64,000 bases of DNA from Escherichia phage A4. The notes beneath the pieces were generated by a model. It searched no databases. It was not told where the DNA came from and was given only the letters and a program-made list of their open reading frames with translations. Positions within the stretch are counted from its first letter, which is position 1. Each line of letters opens with the position of its first letter. The translations under genes were made by a program, and so were the position numbers. Shown here one piece after another: positions 18,050 to 29,300 of this stretch. Location of the stretch: sequence record ON286972; one strand, written 5' to 3'.

Positions 18050-20335
18050 ATGAATTTAACACAGCTATTCAAAAGCAGCGACGACCTTGCAACCTCTATG
18101 GGTCATACTTTCTTGACAATCGATCACATCAGTGCTACAGTGCTGACAGTGGATAGCATTATTGATGTATTTGGGACAATGAACGTTGACGCAACGAAAG
18201 TGCGTGATCGCTTGATTGAATATCTGAAAAATACCAATGTTCCACACGCACCACGCAGCACTATGGGGGAAGAAGTTAATCGCACTACACTAATCGTCAA
18301 TCGTGTAATGCAAGAACTATCTAAGAAATCTGTCATCGAACAACTCAAACGTGACGATTTCTCAATTGATGCATTCTTTGTACTGTTTGAATGTTTGTCA
18401 TTCCCAAACACTGCATTAGAAGCAGCATTGTTGGAAGAGGGTGTAACTCGTACTGAAGCGGCCCGTACTCTTCAGAAATATGTAGAATCTCTTGATTCTG
18501 AAATTAACCTACAAAGCATCGCTGATGAACCTACTGGGGAGAAAAAGGTGGCTCAACAACAACCTGCATCAAAACAGAAATCAATCGAAGATTACACGAC
18601 CAACCTAACACAGTTGGCTAAAGATGGTAAACTGGACCCAATGATTGGTCGTCAAAAAGAACTGGACGCACTAATTGAAACTCTGGCTCGTAAAACTAAG
18701 AAGAATGCTATTCTGACTGGTGAAGCTGGTGTTGGTAAAACTCAGATTGTTGACGGTCTAGCACAAGCCATTGTTGATGGTAATGTACCAGAACATCTAC
18801 AAAACATTGAGATTTTATCTCTTAACGTTGGTGCACTAACTGCTGGTACTAAGTATCGTGGTGAATTCGAAGAACGTATTGATAATCTTCTCAAAGAACT
18901 GAAGAAACGTGAAAATACAATCGTGTTCATTGACGAAATCCATATCATGGTAGGTGCAGGTTCTGCAAGCAACGGTTCAATGGATATGAGTAACATGTTG
19001 AAACCAGCACTATCTCGTGGTGAGATTCGTGTAATCGGTGCAACTACTTATGATGAATACCGTAAAAACATCGAGAAAGATAGTGCATTGACTCGTCGTT
19101 TCATGAAAATTGACGTAGTTGAGCCAACTATTGAAGAAACTCGTGCGATTGTAAATGGTCTGCAAGGTACATATGAGAAATTCCATAACGTAACTTTCAG
19201 TACTGAAGCAATGGATGCGATTGTGTCTTTGAGTGATAAGTTCCTGAAGAACAAACACTTCCCAGACAAAGCAATCGACCTTATGGATGCAGCAGCAGCT
19301 AAGAAACGTTCACGCGATGAATCTGATAATGTGATTTCACTACGCACAATTCAAGAAGTTGTTGCGGGAATTGCAAACTTGGATATCAACGTAGTAGCTT
19401 GTACTGAAACTGAACGTATGAAGTCACTACCAGCAGCACTTCGTAGCCGTGTATTCGGTCAAGAAGAAGCAGTGGAGAAATTGGTTGATAACGTAATGGT
19501 TGCACGTGCAGGACTTCGTGAGAAAGCAAGTGTTCAGGGTGCATTCATGTTTGTCGGTCCGTCTGGTACTGGTAAAACTGAAATCACTAAAGCACTAGCC
19601 GATGCAATGGGTTCTGAACTGATTCGCTTCGATATGTCTGAATTTTCACAAGAACATACCGTTGCAAAACTAATTGGTTCACCTCCTGGCTATGTTGGTC
19701 ACGATACTGGTAATGGTCTGCTACTCGACAAAATTGAGCAATTCCCGAATGCAGTTCTACTGCTGGACGAAATTGAAAAAGCACACCCTAAAGTACTGCT
19801 AACCTTCCTACAGGTTCTGGATGAAGGTCACCTAACTGGTTCACAGGGTAAAACTGTATACTTTAACAACGTAACAGTTATTATGACAACCAACTTGGGT
19901 GCAGCAGATGCAAATAAACGTAGTCTGGGTTTGAGTGGTGGTGAAACAGCACAGGAGAAGGCAGTGAAAGCTTTCCTACCACCTGAATTCCTAAACCGTA
20001 TCGATAGCATCGTGAAGTTTAATGAGCTATCCAGTGAAGCTATCCAGAGCGTTATTGATAAGTTCATGGCTGGTCTAAATGAGCAAATCAAAGAGCGTGG
20101 CGTGAAAGTAACACTGACTAAAGCGGCACGTGAATGGTTAGAAGCAAATGGTGTTCAGCCTGGAATGGGTGCACGTCCAATGAAACGTACAATCGAGCAG
20201 AACATCCGTGTTCCTCTGGCTAAAGAAATGCTATGCGGTTCACTGGTAAATGGTGGTAACGTAACATTTGATGTGATTAACGGAAAGTTGGGTATCAAAC
20301 CAAAACGTCAAGTTAAAACCCCATCTGTAGTGTAA
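18050..20335 (+). CDS. clpA: ClpA-like AAA+ unfoldase (Hsp100/Clp ATPase, two AAA+ modules)
   Basis: Walker A GEAGVGKTQ and GPSGTGKTE; Walker B IVFIDEIH and LLLDEIEKAH; N-domain present; no ClpB middle coiled coil; LGL tripeptide (KRSLGLSGG) at the ClpP-docking IGL-loop position; reads close to E. coli ClpA along its length. Confidence 0.9.
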   Translation: MNLTQLFKSSDDLATSMGHTFLTIDHISATVLTVDSIIDVFGTMNVDATKVRDRLIEYLKNTNVPHAPRSTMGEEVNRTTLIVNRVMQELSKKSVIEQLKRDDFSIDAFFVLFECLSFPNTALEAALLEEGVTRTEAARTLQKYVESLDSEINLQSIADEPTGEKKVAQQQPASKQKSIEDYTTNLTQLAKDGKLDPMIGRQKELDALIETLARKTKKNAILTGEAGVGKTQIVDGLAQAIVDGNVPEHLQNIEILSLNVGALTAGTKYRGEFEERIDNLLKELKKRENTIVFIDEIHIMVGAGSASNGSMDMSNMLKPALSRGEIRVIGATTYDEYRKNIEKDSALTRRFMKIDVVEPTIEETRAIVNGLQGTYEKFHNVTFSTEAMDAIVSLSDKFLKNKHFPDKAIDLMDAAAAKKRSRDESDNVISLRTIQEVVAGIANLDINVVACTETERMKSLPAALRSRVFGQEEAVEKLVDNVMVARAGLREKASVQGAFMFVGPSGTGKTEITKALADAMGSELIRFDMSEFSQEHTVAKLIGSPPGYVGHDTGNGLLLDKIEQFPNAVLLLDEIEKAHPKVLLTFLQVLDEGHLTGSQGKTVYFNNVTVIMTTNLGAADANKRSLGLSGGETAQEKAVKAFLPPEFLNRIDSIVKFNELSSEAIQSVIDKFMAGLNEQIKERGVKVTLTKAAREWLEANGVQPGMGARPMKRTIEQNIRVPLAKEMLCGSLVNGGNVTFDVINGKLGIKPKRQVKTPSVV

Positions 20336-20369
20336 AAAGAAAAGGAGAGCCATTGGCTCTCCTTTTTTG
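20336..20369. terminator. bidirectional rho-independent terminator, near-copy of 14601-14633
   Basis: aaaagaaaaGGAGAGCCattGGCTCTCCtttttt at the clpA / giant-gene convergent junction. Confidence 0.7.
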
Positions 20370-23300
20370 TTATTGAATATTCAATAGATTTTCTATATCA
20401 GTTCCAGTAATTGACAATCCATTTCTGAATGTATCTAATGGAATTGGTGGATAGAAGTTTTGATATTGAGTAAACTTATCAATGCTCCCCAAGTTCAATC
20501 CATTAAAGCTATAAGACGTTCCTTTAGTAAAATTATGTTCCGCACTATACATGACACCACGTAATAGACGGTCAGTGTTTCTTACCTGAACCTTCTCATA
20601 TCCAACCACAATAATATCATCATTCTGTGCCGCAGCACCTGACAGTACTGAATCAGTAATGATATATGGGCTTATTGAACGAGGTTTAGCAACATAAGTG
20701 ATTGCCTCATCTTCAACGGTTGTAATGTTAATTACACCACATCCTACTTCTTTGATGAACGTGTTATTGACCACAGGTTGTGCATACTGCCACACGCGAT
20801 CATAACTTAGTACTGGTTGAATAACATCAACATCGTATTCAAATACAGTGATTTCAATACCATCAGTCATTTTAGCTCGTACTAGTTCACCCAGGACACC
20901 TTTACCAGAGATTGGCTGATTGTAACCATTATCAATTGTAATACCATCAACTTCAAAAATCTCATTGGAAACTAACCACAAATCAATTTCATCAGGTGTG
21001 ATACCATCATTGAATTTACCACCATATAATGTTTCGTCATAGAATACTTCATAGTTCAATGCATGTATACTGTAATGACGATTATTTTCATATAGTTTAA
21101 GTCCATTGTCATCAAACTCAGGGTCTTGGAAAGTGCGGATTCTAACTAAGTTCATTGATAATGTATAAAAACGCTCATTACTTTCACGCTTAGTTATACT
21201 ATCAAACATTAACACTACACCATTACTATCAACCAACTCTACGTTACCATTACCCAATACACGTACTGTGTATAGTTTTGGTTTTTTAGAGGATTGGATT
21301 TTACTAGCACTTAATATAGTTACCCAGTTACCGTCTTGGAATCGTACATAATCTTCACCATCTGGCGTGAAAATCATAACCTTATCACCATCTTTCAAAC
21401 CTTCATCGTGAACCTTGATTTCAGTAATTGTTTTAATTTCTGAAATTGGGAAGAAGTATTTTTCAGATTCTTTGAACACATCTTTACCCATATTCTCAAT
21501 GACAATATCATATGATGGAATACTTACAACTGCTTCTGACATATTGTAAGGGTTTTGTACGATCATACCCTCAATCTGGAATCTACTTGTGTCTTTTAAT
21601 TGCTCTTGAGCAACTTCATCGAAACCGTAACCATCAACAGTGAAACGTAATTGTGCCATTGTTCTTCCTGATGGGTTTAGTTCAGAAATGTCGATGATAT
21701 AAGGATCAATCTCACTATCTTTAACTTCCCATTTAATGGATTTGGTTTGTGATTCCAATGCCAAGTTATCGAATGCATTCATATCATTGAAATATTTTGC
21801 AGTATTGATACTTTCCAGTACTTCAACATATGCAGAATACATTGGATTATTCTGGTCTTGTGGTAAATCATTTAAATCAATTTCAGCCAATACAACTGAT
21901 TCTCCGGTTGTTATGAATAAGTCTTCCATGAAATCAGATATGCTGTAACTTTCAGGAATCGGTAGATATTCACCTGCCGCATTCACAACATACACATATT
22001 TCCTTGGCATCATAACAAAAGCATACTTATCAACTGCACGATTACTTAAGATTTCTCTAGCAACATAATAATGATCTAGAATATTCTTATTAAATGTTTG
22101 TCGCATTGCAGATAACACATGAACGGTATCAGAATAATAACGGTCATTTAATGTGGTATCATACTTGTAGCAATAAACACCATATTCTATCTCTAGTATA
22201 TTACGAACTTGGTCTTCATTAGTAAACTCAGGGTGATTTTTCTTGATCATATCGACATATTTTTCATATAATTCAATACTAATCTCAAAATAACCATAGT
22301 TGTAATCACTACTTGCACTGAACCCAAAAGGTAGGCGAGTATTAGGATTATCATTATAGTTCGTACCCTTAAATGGACAACCAATCTCATTAGAAACCAT
22401 GTCATCAGATATATTCTTAAACATTTTCACACGAGTTGCTAATGTATTGTATTGAATATATTTCTTAACGTCTTCTAAAATGTTACTGTTGTTTGTATCA
22501 GCAGTTACCTGCTCCAAATCAGCAGTAAATTGGTCAGTCATTGCAATATCAGTTGAATGGGCTTTATACCATGCATCAATTCCTTTAATGACACCATTAC
22601 TAATATCCAAATCTGAATATTTGGTAGTCATTTCAATACCAATCTGTGAAATTAAGGTATTATTATCATATTCAGGGAATGTATAAACATATCTCTGTAA
22701 TTCATAATCATTTCCTATATCCGAAGCATTAGATTGATACTTACTATTGGTTGATTTCAACTCATCAATTGTATAATTACTATCATACGGGTCACATTGA
22801 ATATTATCATAATGCATAATAACGTCGATTTCTTGGAATCGTCTGTTAGGTGTGATAAAGTCACTTGGTAGTGAACCAATCTTTTCCCAACGTTGGGTTA
22901 CGTCATTAAATTGTGCATATTCTAAATCCCAAATGTCTTTTTCAGTCTTAACCCACACACCATCAACTAAAATATAGCCATCTGGGTCAAGGTCATTACT
23001 GATACCATTAATCAAATCATCATCAGAAGTTTTCTGTTCTATTTGAGAACGGATTTTGGTTCTGTATGGTTTAACTTCTTCGAAGTACTCAACAATTTGA
23101 TTAATCAAGTTGTCATTTGAGTAGTTTTGTACGAGAGATTGTTCTAAACCTACAATATAGATATATGAGGTTTTGAATACCCAGTCAACAACACTTTGTT
23201 CAGTGTGTACGTACTTAACCATATCAAAAACAATATTACTTTGATATAAGTTGAATGAATTTTTCAACAACGCTAACGCATTACGAACGTTAACCTCATG

Positions 23301-26300
23301 AGAATTCAAAGAACCATCATCATTGTAAACATTGTACCCAGAATATAACATTGAATTCAATTCAACTGTACTATTCTCACGTCCAATAGCTTTCCAGTAT
23401 ATATTATTACGAGATGCAGTCTTGATGTATAATGTCCAAACACCATCACTATCAGTTACACGGATAATATCACCAATTTGGTAATTTTTAGTGTTTGCGT
23501 CATCTAAACTAACTTCTTGTGTATATTCAGTGTTGCTATCGTATCCAGTATCGTACCAATCAGCCAGATTCCAGTACTGGGTCATATCCAAAGATGTACC
23601 AAGTGATTCTATGAAGTCAGCTTGTTTAATCATCTTGTGTTGACCTTCACCTCTATTTTCTAGAGTGATTGTAACAGTACTACCAACTGCACTTGGACTG
23701 TTCATCAATTGAATGTATCCATTTGGATCAATGTGAACAAAATATACTGAACTAGAAGATAATGGTGCTGGTAGAGTTCCGATGGAACTTACAAATACTG
23801 CATCATTCTCTTTAAAGCGGTTATCTTCTGGTGCAATTACCAATTCATTGTTAAATGATAGAACACGGAATGTAATATCATTTGGGTTCATTTTTAATGT
23901 TTTCACATTAAACACATCATTCATAACAACACTGTTAGTTGTGATGTTCTGTGAACGGTAAAAGTTATTTGCACTCTCAACAAACGCACGACGAGCTTCA
24001 ATGACATTCTGGAACCAAGTTTTATTAGAACCTAAACCAGTTTCAACTTTAGGATAAATTATTTCATTTACAACACCAGTTGAAGTAGTTTCTTGACCAA
24101 TTAGTGAGTTCCATAGTGAATTCCAAATATCTGGGTTAAAGTCATAACTATCACCTTCTTTACAGAGTTGATATTGATCATGCTTCAGTACTTCGATATT
24201 GTCATTTCTATATGAAATTGTCAAAATGCTTGTATCATCATTAACTTCAAATTGCATATTACTTAGAATGAAACTATTTTCATTAATAGGTGCAAACCAA
24301 GGAACATTCAATTGTGTTGGATCTTGAATAATACGTGCAATATCAGTACAAGACTTACTACGAGTAGTCATTGGTGGAACATAAATGGTATTACGAACCC
24401 AGAAATAATAACGAACTACATATGTATCAGTGATTGGATCATATTCCATAGATGAACTGTAGTTCTCATCCATTGCAATCCCACTTGGGAGATACATAGT
24501 ATTGTTTTTATTTTTATTGGCTTGTTCTGCACAATATTTTTCCCAGTTGTATGGTTCTACTGGTGAACTAACCCATTCTAGAACATCAATAACACTGTGT
24601 GGTAATAATTTACCCCAATTATAACGCTTATATTCATTAGTTGCTTTTACATCAACGTTACCATCCTCATCAAAGATTGGACGGGTATAATCCAGATAGA
24701 ATGCAGTGCTAGTGTTCCACCACACTTTACCTACCTTTTCAGCACCCCATGCTTGTAATAGTTCACCGTTACTGCTATACTGTGCTGGGTCCACTGGAGA
24801 GATGAAATCAACATCTTGCATTGCAACCCCAGGAATAACACCGTTAATTGGGTCAAACACATTCAAATACAATGCAGTAATGTTTGTTCTTTCATCATAC
24901 GTAGTAGGACGGTCAAACAAAGTGCTTTCAGGTGCACTGTAACTATATTTTTTAGCAATATATTCATCGCGTTCTTGTTGAGTACTAAATCTACTAACAT
25001 AACGATACAAACGTGGTGCTGATTCTACTGTTGAAAAGTCAATAGTAATGGAAGTGTCAAATGGCACTACCATAACTTTTGGATCTAGTCCAGAAGTGTA
25101 GTATTGGCATTCATCACGTAGGGCATCAGGCATAAAGTTTGTTTCATCAACAAAATAATAATAATCACCATCATTGAGTGGGATATCATCAGACAATAGT
25201 ACTTTACAATATTGCTCAGCATATGGATCTTCACTTTCAATTGGTGTAATAGAAACCATTGTAATACCAGTATCTACTAAATCATACACATTCCATTCGT
25301 TATTGATATCTTGGAACATCCAAACAGATGTTGGGATTTTACCAGAATTATTCATATAACTAATGCGGTCTTGATTTGCAGTTTCGTAATTTAATGTGGT
25401 ATAATCAATTTCATCTAGGGTTACTGGTCCAATATTAGGTAATTGGATATTCTCACTTCTCCCATTACGCATAGGGAATGAGAATTTACCTTTTGGACGA
25501 CTAATCCAGCGTGAATCTTCACCAATTTCACCATAATATACAATTTCATTCTCAGATTCAACCTTATCGGAATAACGGTCAAATGTAATCATTTGTGGTT
25601 GTTGTTTAAACTCATTATTAATTAGTTTAAATTGAAGATTTTTAACACCATCAATGTTACCATAAGAACCAACACGGAATGCCCATTCTTGTAATGCTTT
25701 ATACTCATCAGTATTATATGATTTAGATACACGTAATACTTTTTCTAGTACTTGGTTAGTGCCTTTATCATGAATAAAACCTTTATAGAAATCAATTCGA
25801 CCAGGCTCATTAGTGATCATACGTTGTAAGTAATCACGAGACTGATAGCCAATTAAGTGGTTTGAAAGTTCATTTAATTGAACATCACTAACTGGGGTTT
25901 CATTATCATAATACTGTTGGAAATTAGACACCAAAGTTTCAAATGATGGTAATGTACCAGCTTCTAGGATGATAAATCCAGGAGCTTGTAAACGTCCAGA
26001 CCATGAACCAGTGATATATCCATACAATTTAATCAATTCTTGAACTGCACCATAGGTTGGTTCATAGATATAATCACCGAAAATCGTCTGATCATCAAAA
26101 ATAACAGCATGTTCATAAGAACTGATACTTAAACGAATAAGTGCTATGCGTTTATTTGATTCTTCAGTAGTTCTTACCGTGAATATGTTACCAATACGAG
26201 ATGTTTCAATCTCAAATTGACGTATACCTTGGTTTGAATCATCTAATAATGACCAAACACCACCACTATTTTGTGCAATTGACTGAACTGAACCAAAATC

Positions 26301-29300
26301 TGTACCAAATTTAGCATTAATTGCTGATGGGGTACAAGAAATGAATTCACCAGTACTCAATTGTTGTTGACTCCAGATTAAAAAGTCTTTTGCAATTGTA
26401 TTCCAGTCCTGTTGGATACCAGATTCATCAACTTCTTCAAAAATCCAACCATGTTGCTTTAGATACTCACCATAACCACAAATAAATGTGTAAACTTCCT
26501 GGAAGGTATTCATCAAAGTTCCGTAAGGAATGGATGCATCATTTTTCCACTCATTATAATGAACAACATTACGATTATCAACTTTCAAAGATACTTTATG
26601 ACCGTTTTTAACAGGCAATTTATAATTGAATGTTGCAGAAACTAAATCATAACCATCAATTTGGTAAGCACTACCAGTCCAAGTAATTTTAATTGCACTC
26701 ATTTGCTCATTTCTAATATTATTAGAACGAACTAAACCGATAGATTGGTTTTCTTGTGAAATTAGACCAGTTGCTTCTGATGTAAATGTTAATTGATCAG
26801 CTTTAGTGAATCCACCTAGTTTATGACCCACATTAATATGAGAAGAACGAACAATTTCACCGTACTTAGTTGTAATATTTTTGTTTTGATACATCAAATA
26901 ATCACTAACAATCATTTGATAACCAATAACGCGAGTACTATTCTCACCATGTACGATTGTATCACTATTAAAGTTCAAACGTAAACGAGTATCACCATAT
27001 AAAAACTGTGGTTCATTACCAGATACAGTTTTTAATGTATTATTTCGGGTATCCCAGAAATAGTTTGTGAACTGTGCAGGTTTAGCTTTGAATAACATCA
27101 ATAATTCATCATATGCAAACATTGCTGTGTTCATATAAGTGAATTCCATATCACCCATATCACCATAAGTCCACGGTTCAGCACGATGATTTAGACTACC
27201 ATATACAAGACCTAAAACTTCAGGAGCAATGTACTCAATGACGCAAATATCAACACCAGATGCTGTCTGCTTGCCTGTTTTAGTGATCTTAAAGGGTTGT
27301 GTACCAAAACGTTTGTACTTGTCATATTGACCTTTACGTGCACCAAACAAGATAGTACCCGTTGAGCTATCACCTTTCTCGTTACCAACGTCCCATAACC
27401 CACTAGGAACCATGTTACCTTGTTCGTTGATAACTAATGCCTCATAAACATAAACAACATCACCATCACGTTCGCCAACTTGAACTGCGGTAGGTTCATA
27501 TTCCTGGTTCCACCAAACTGGACGTTGGGAGAAACCAAACATTTCCCACGGATGGGTTGCTGGGCGATATGTACCAAATTGGTCAGTGTAGATTGCTCGC
27601 CATGAACCACGGGCTGCTATTTGTGTTTGTTGACCATTAACCATATAATGTGTTCCAGTATAGTTCCAAGTCATCCAGTTATTTGGATCATAATCATGTG
27701 AACTGTTACTGATACCATTGGTTGCGATGAAGTTAATATAACCACGTAGTAGTAAGTTCTTTTTCTCTTCGTCATTATACTCTGTATCTCTGAAATACGG
27801 AGTCGGGAAAAGATCAGAAGCATCTAGCTTAGGTTGGTAATCTTCATCTTTGAAAATAACATCAATACTATTGAAAATTCTATTTTCTAACTCATATATA
27901 ACGTCATCCATTTTATCAACACCGTTTATTACACGGTATGCTTTAGTGATTGCACCTGTATGACTGATGTTATAACAGCTTTGCTTACTACCAGCATTCA
28001 AAAATGTTGCTTTTTCTGGAACGTGTGCTTTCAAAATACCCAAAAACTGTGGAGTTGGTGGTACAAACGCACGAATGAAGCCAGAAGTACTTGCTACGTT
28101 ATCATAATAGAATGGGAAAGTATTATCATGACCCATATTAATAATTGTTAGAATTTCATCAACAATATTAGAAGCATTATTAGCTAAGAAGTTTGCTGGG
28201 TTCTCATTGTACAAACGGATCATTTGTGTATTGAACTTGTTTACGAAACGGAAATATTCGGATTGCATAAACAATACAGATTCAAATAGGTCAATATCTT
28301 CATTTGCAGAATGTGCCATTAACGGTAGCATTGATGCTTCGTTTTGAATAATCTTAGTACCAACGGAGTTATCCACTAAACCTTTAGACAAACGATCTTC
28401 GTAGTCGTTGAAATCATCAACGGAACCACTGGTGATATTCTTTTGAATGATATCTTTAAAATGTAATGTAAAATTACTTTGGTTGATATAAAGAATATTA
28501 TCGTTGTATGGGTTATTTTGTAAATTGATTGGGATTTCATATGCACCCAACTCTTTATTTGGTACTTCAGTACTGCTGTATGTTCTAATTTGAATCACTG
28601 ATTCATCTTTAAGAGCTACATCTTCACCTAAAGTGATGCTTTGAACCTTGTTATTATATACATGACGTGTATAATCGGTTACATCAACTCCATCAACTTG
28701 AATTTCAATGATTTCGGTACTCTTACCATCAATAATTTTCTGGGCTAATTCAAATGTGCGATTGAAACGTTCACTTTGAATACCTTCACCACTAATTACA
28801 TGCCAATCCATATAGGTTTGACGTTCTTCTTTGTAATATTGATAGGTACGATCCACTTCAGTAACATATGCATACATACCTTCTAATGGATTTTTAAAGT
28901 TTTCCATTTCGAATACAGTATTGAATACACGATACATATCAGTGTGTTCTATTTGTGGCGTTTGTTTAACGAATTGCTTTGAATCTTCCTTAGAACGAAC
29001 CCAATCGGTCTTAAGGTGTAGTTCATTATCTTTACCAACTACATTATAGTAGTACAATCCAGAAATTTCAGTTTCAACACCCAAATGATCATATGTATAA
29101 CGAACACTTTGTAGGAAGTTTTCGTACATATAGTAATTATAATTACCTAGTTCGATATTATAACCATATACTTTATCAGTGCCGTAATTATAGTTGATTT
29201 TAAAACCAAATAGGGATGAACCAACAAAATTACTTGATGGATAAATTGTAGAATCATTTAATTTAAAACCATCACGGTCATATAATTGGAATTGTGGGAA

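Noticed and set aside
18050-20335. ClpB/Hsp104 disaggregase instead of ClpA
   Set aside because: No long middle coiled-coil between the two AAA+ modules, and an IGL-type (LGL) loop is present in the second module.
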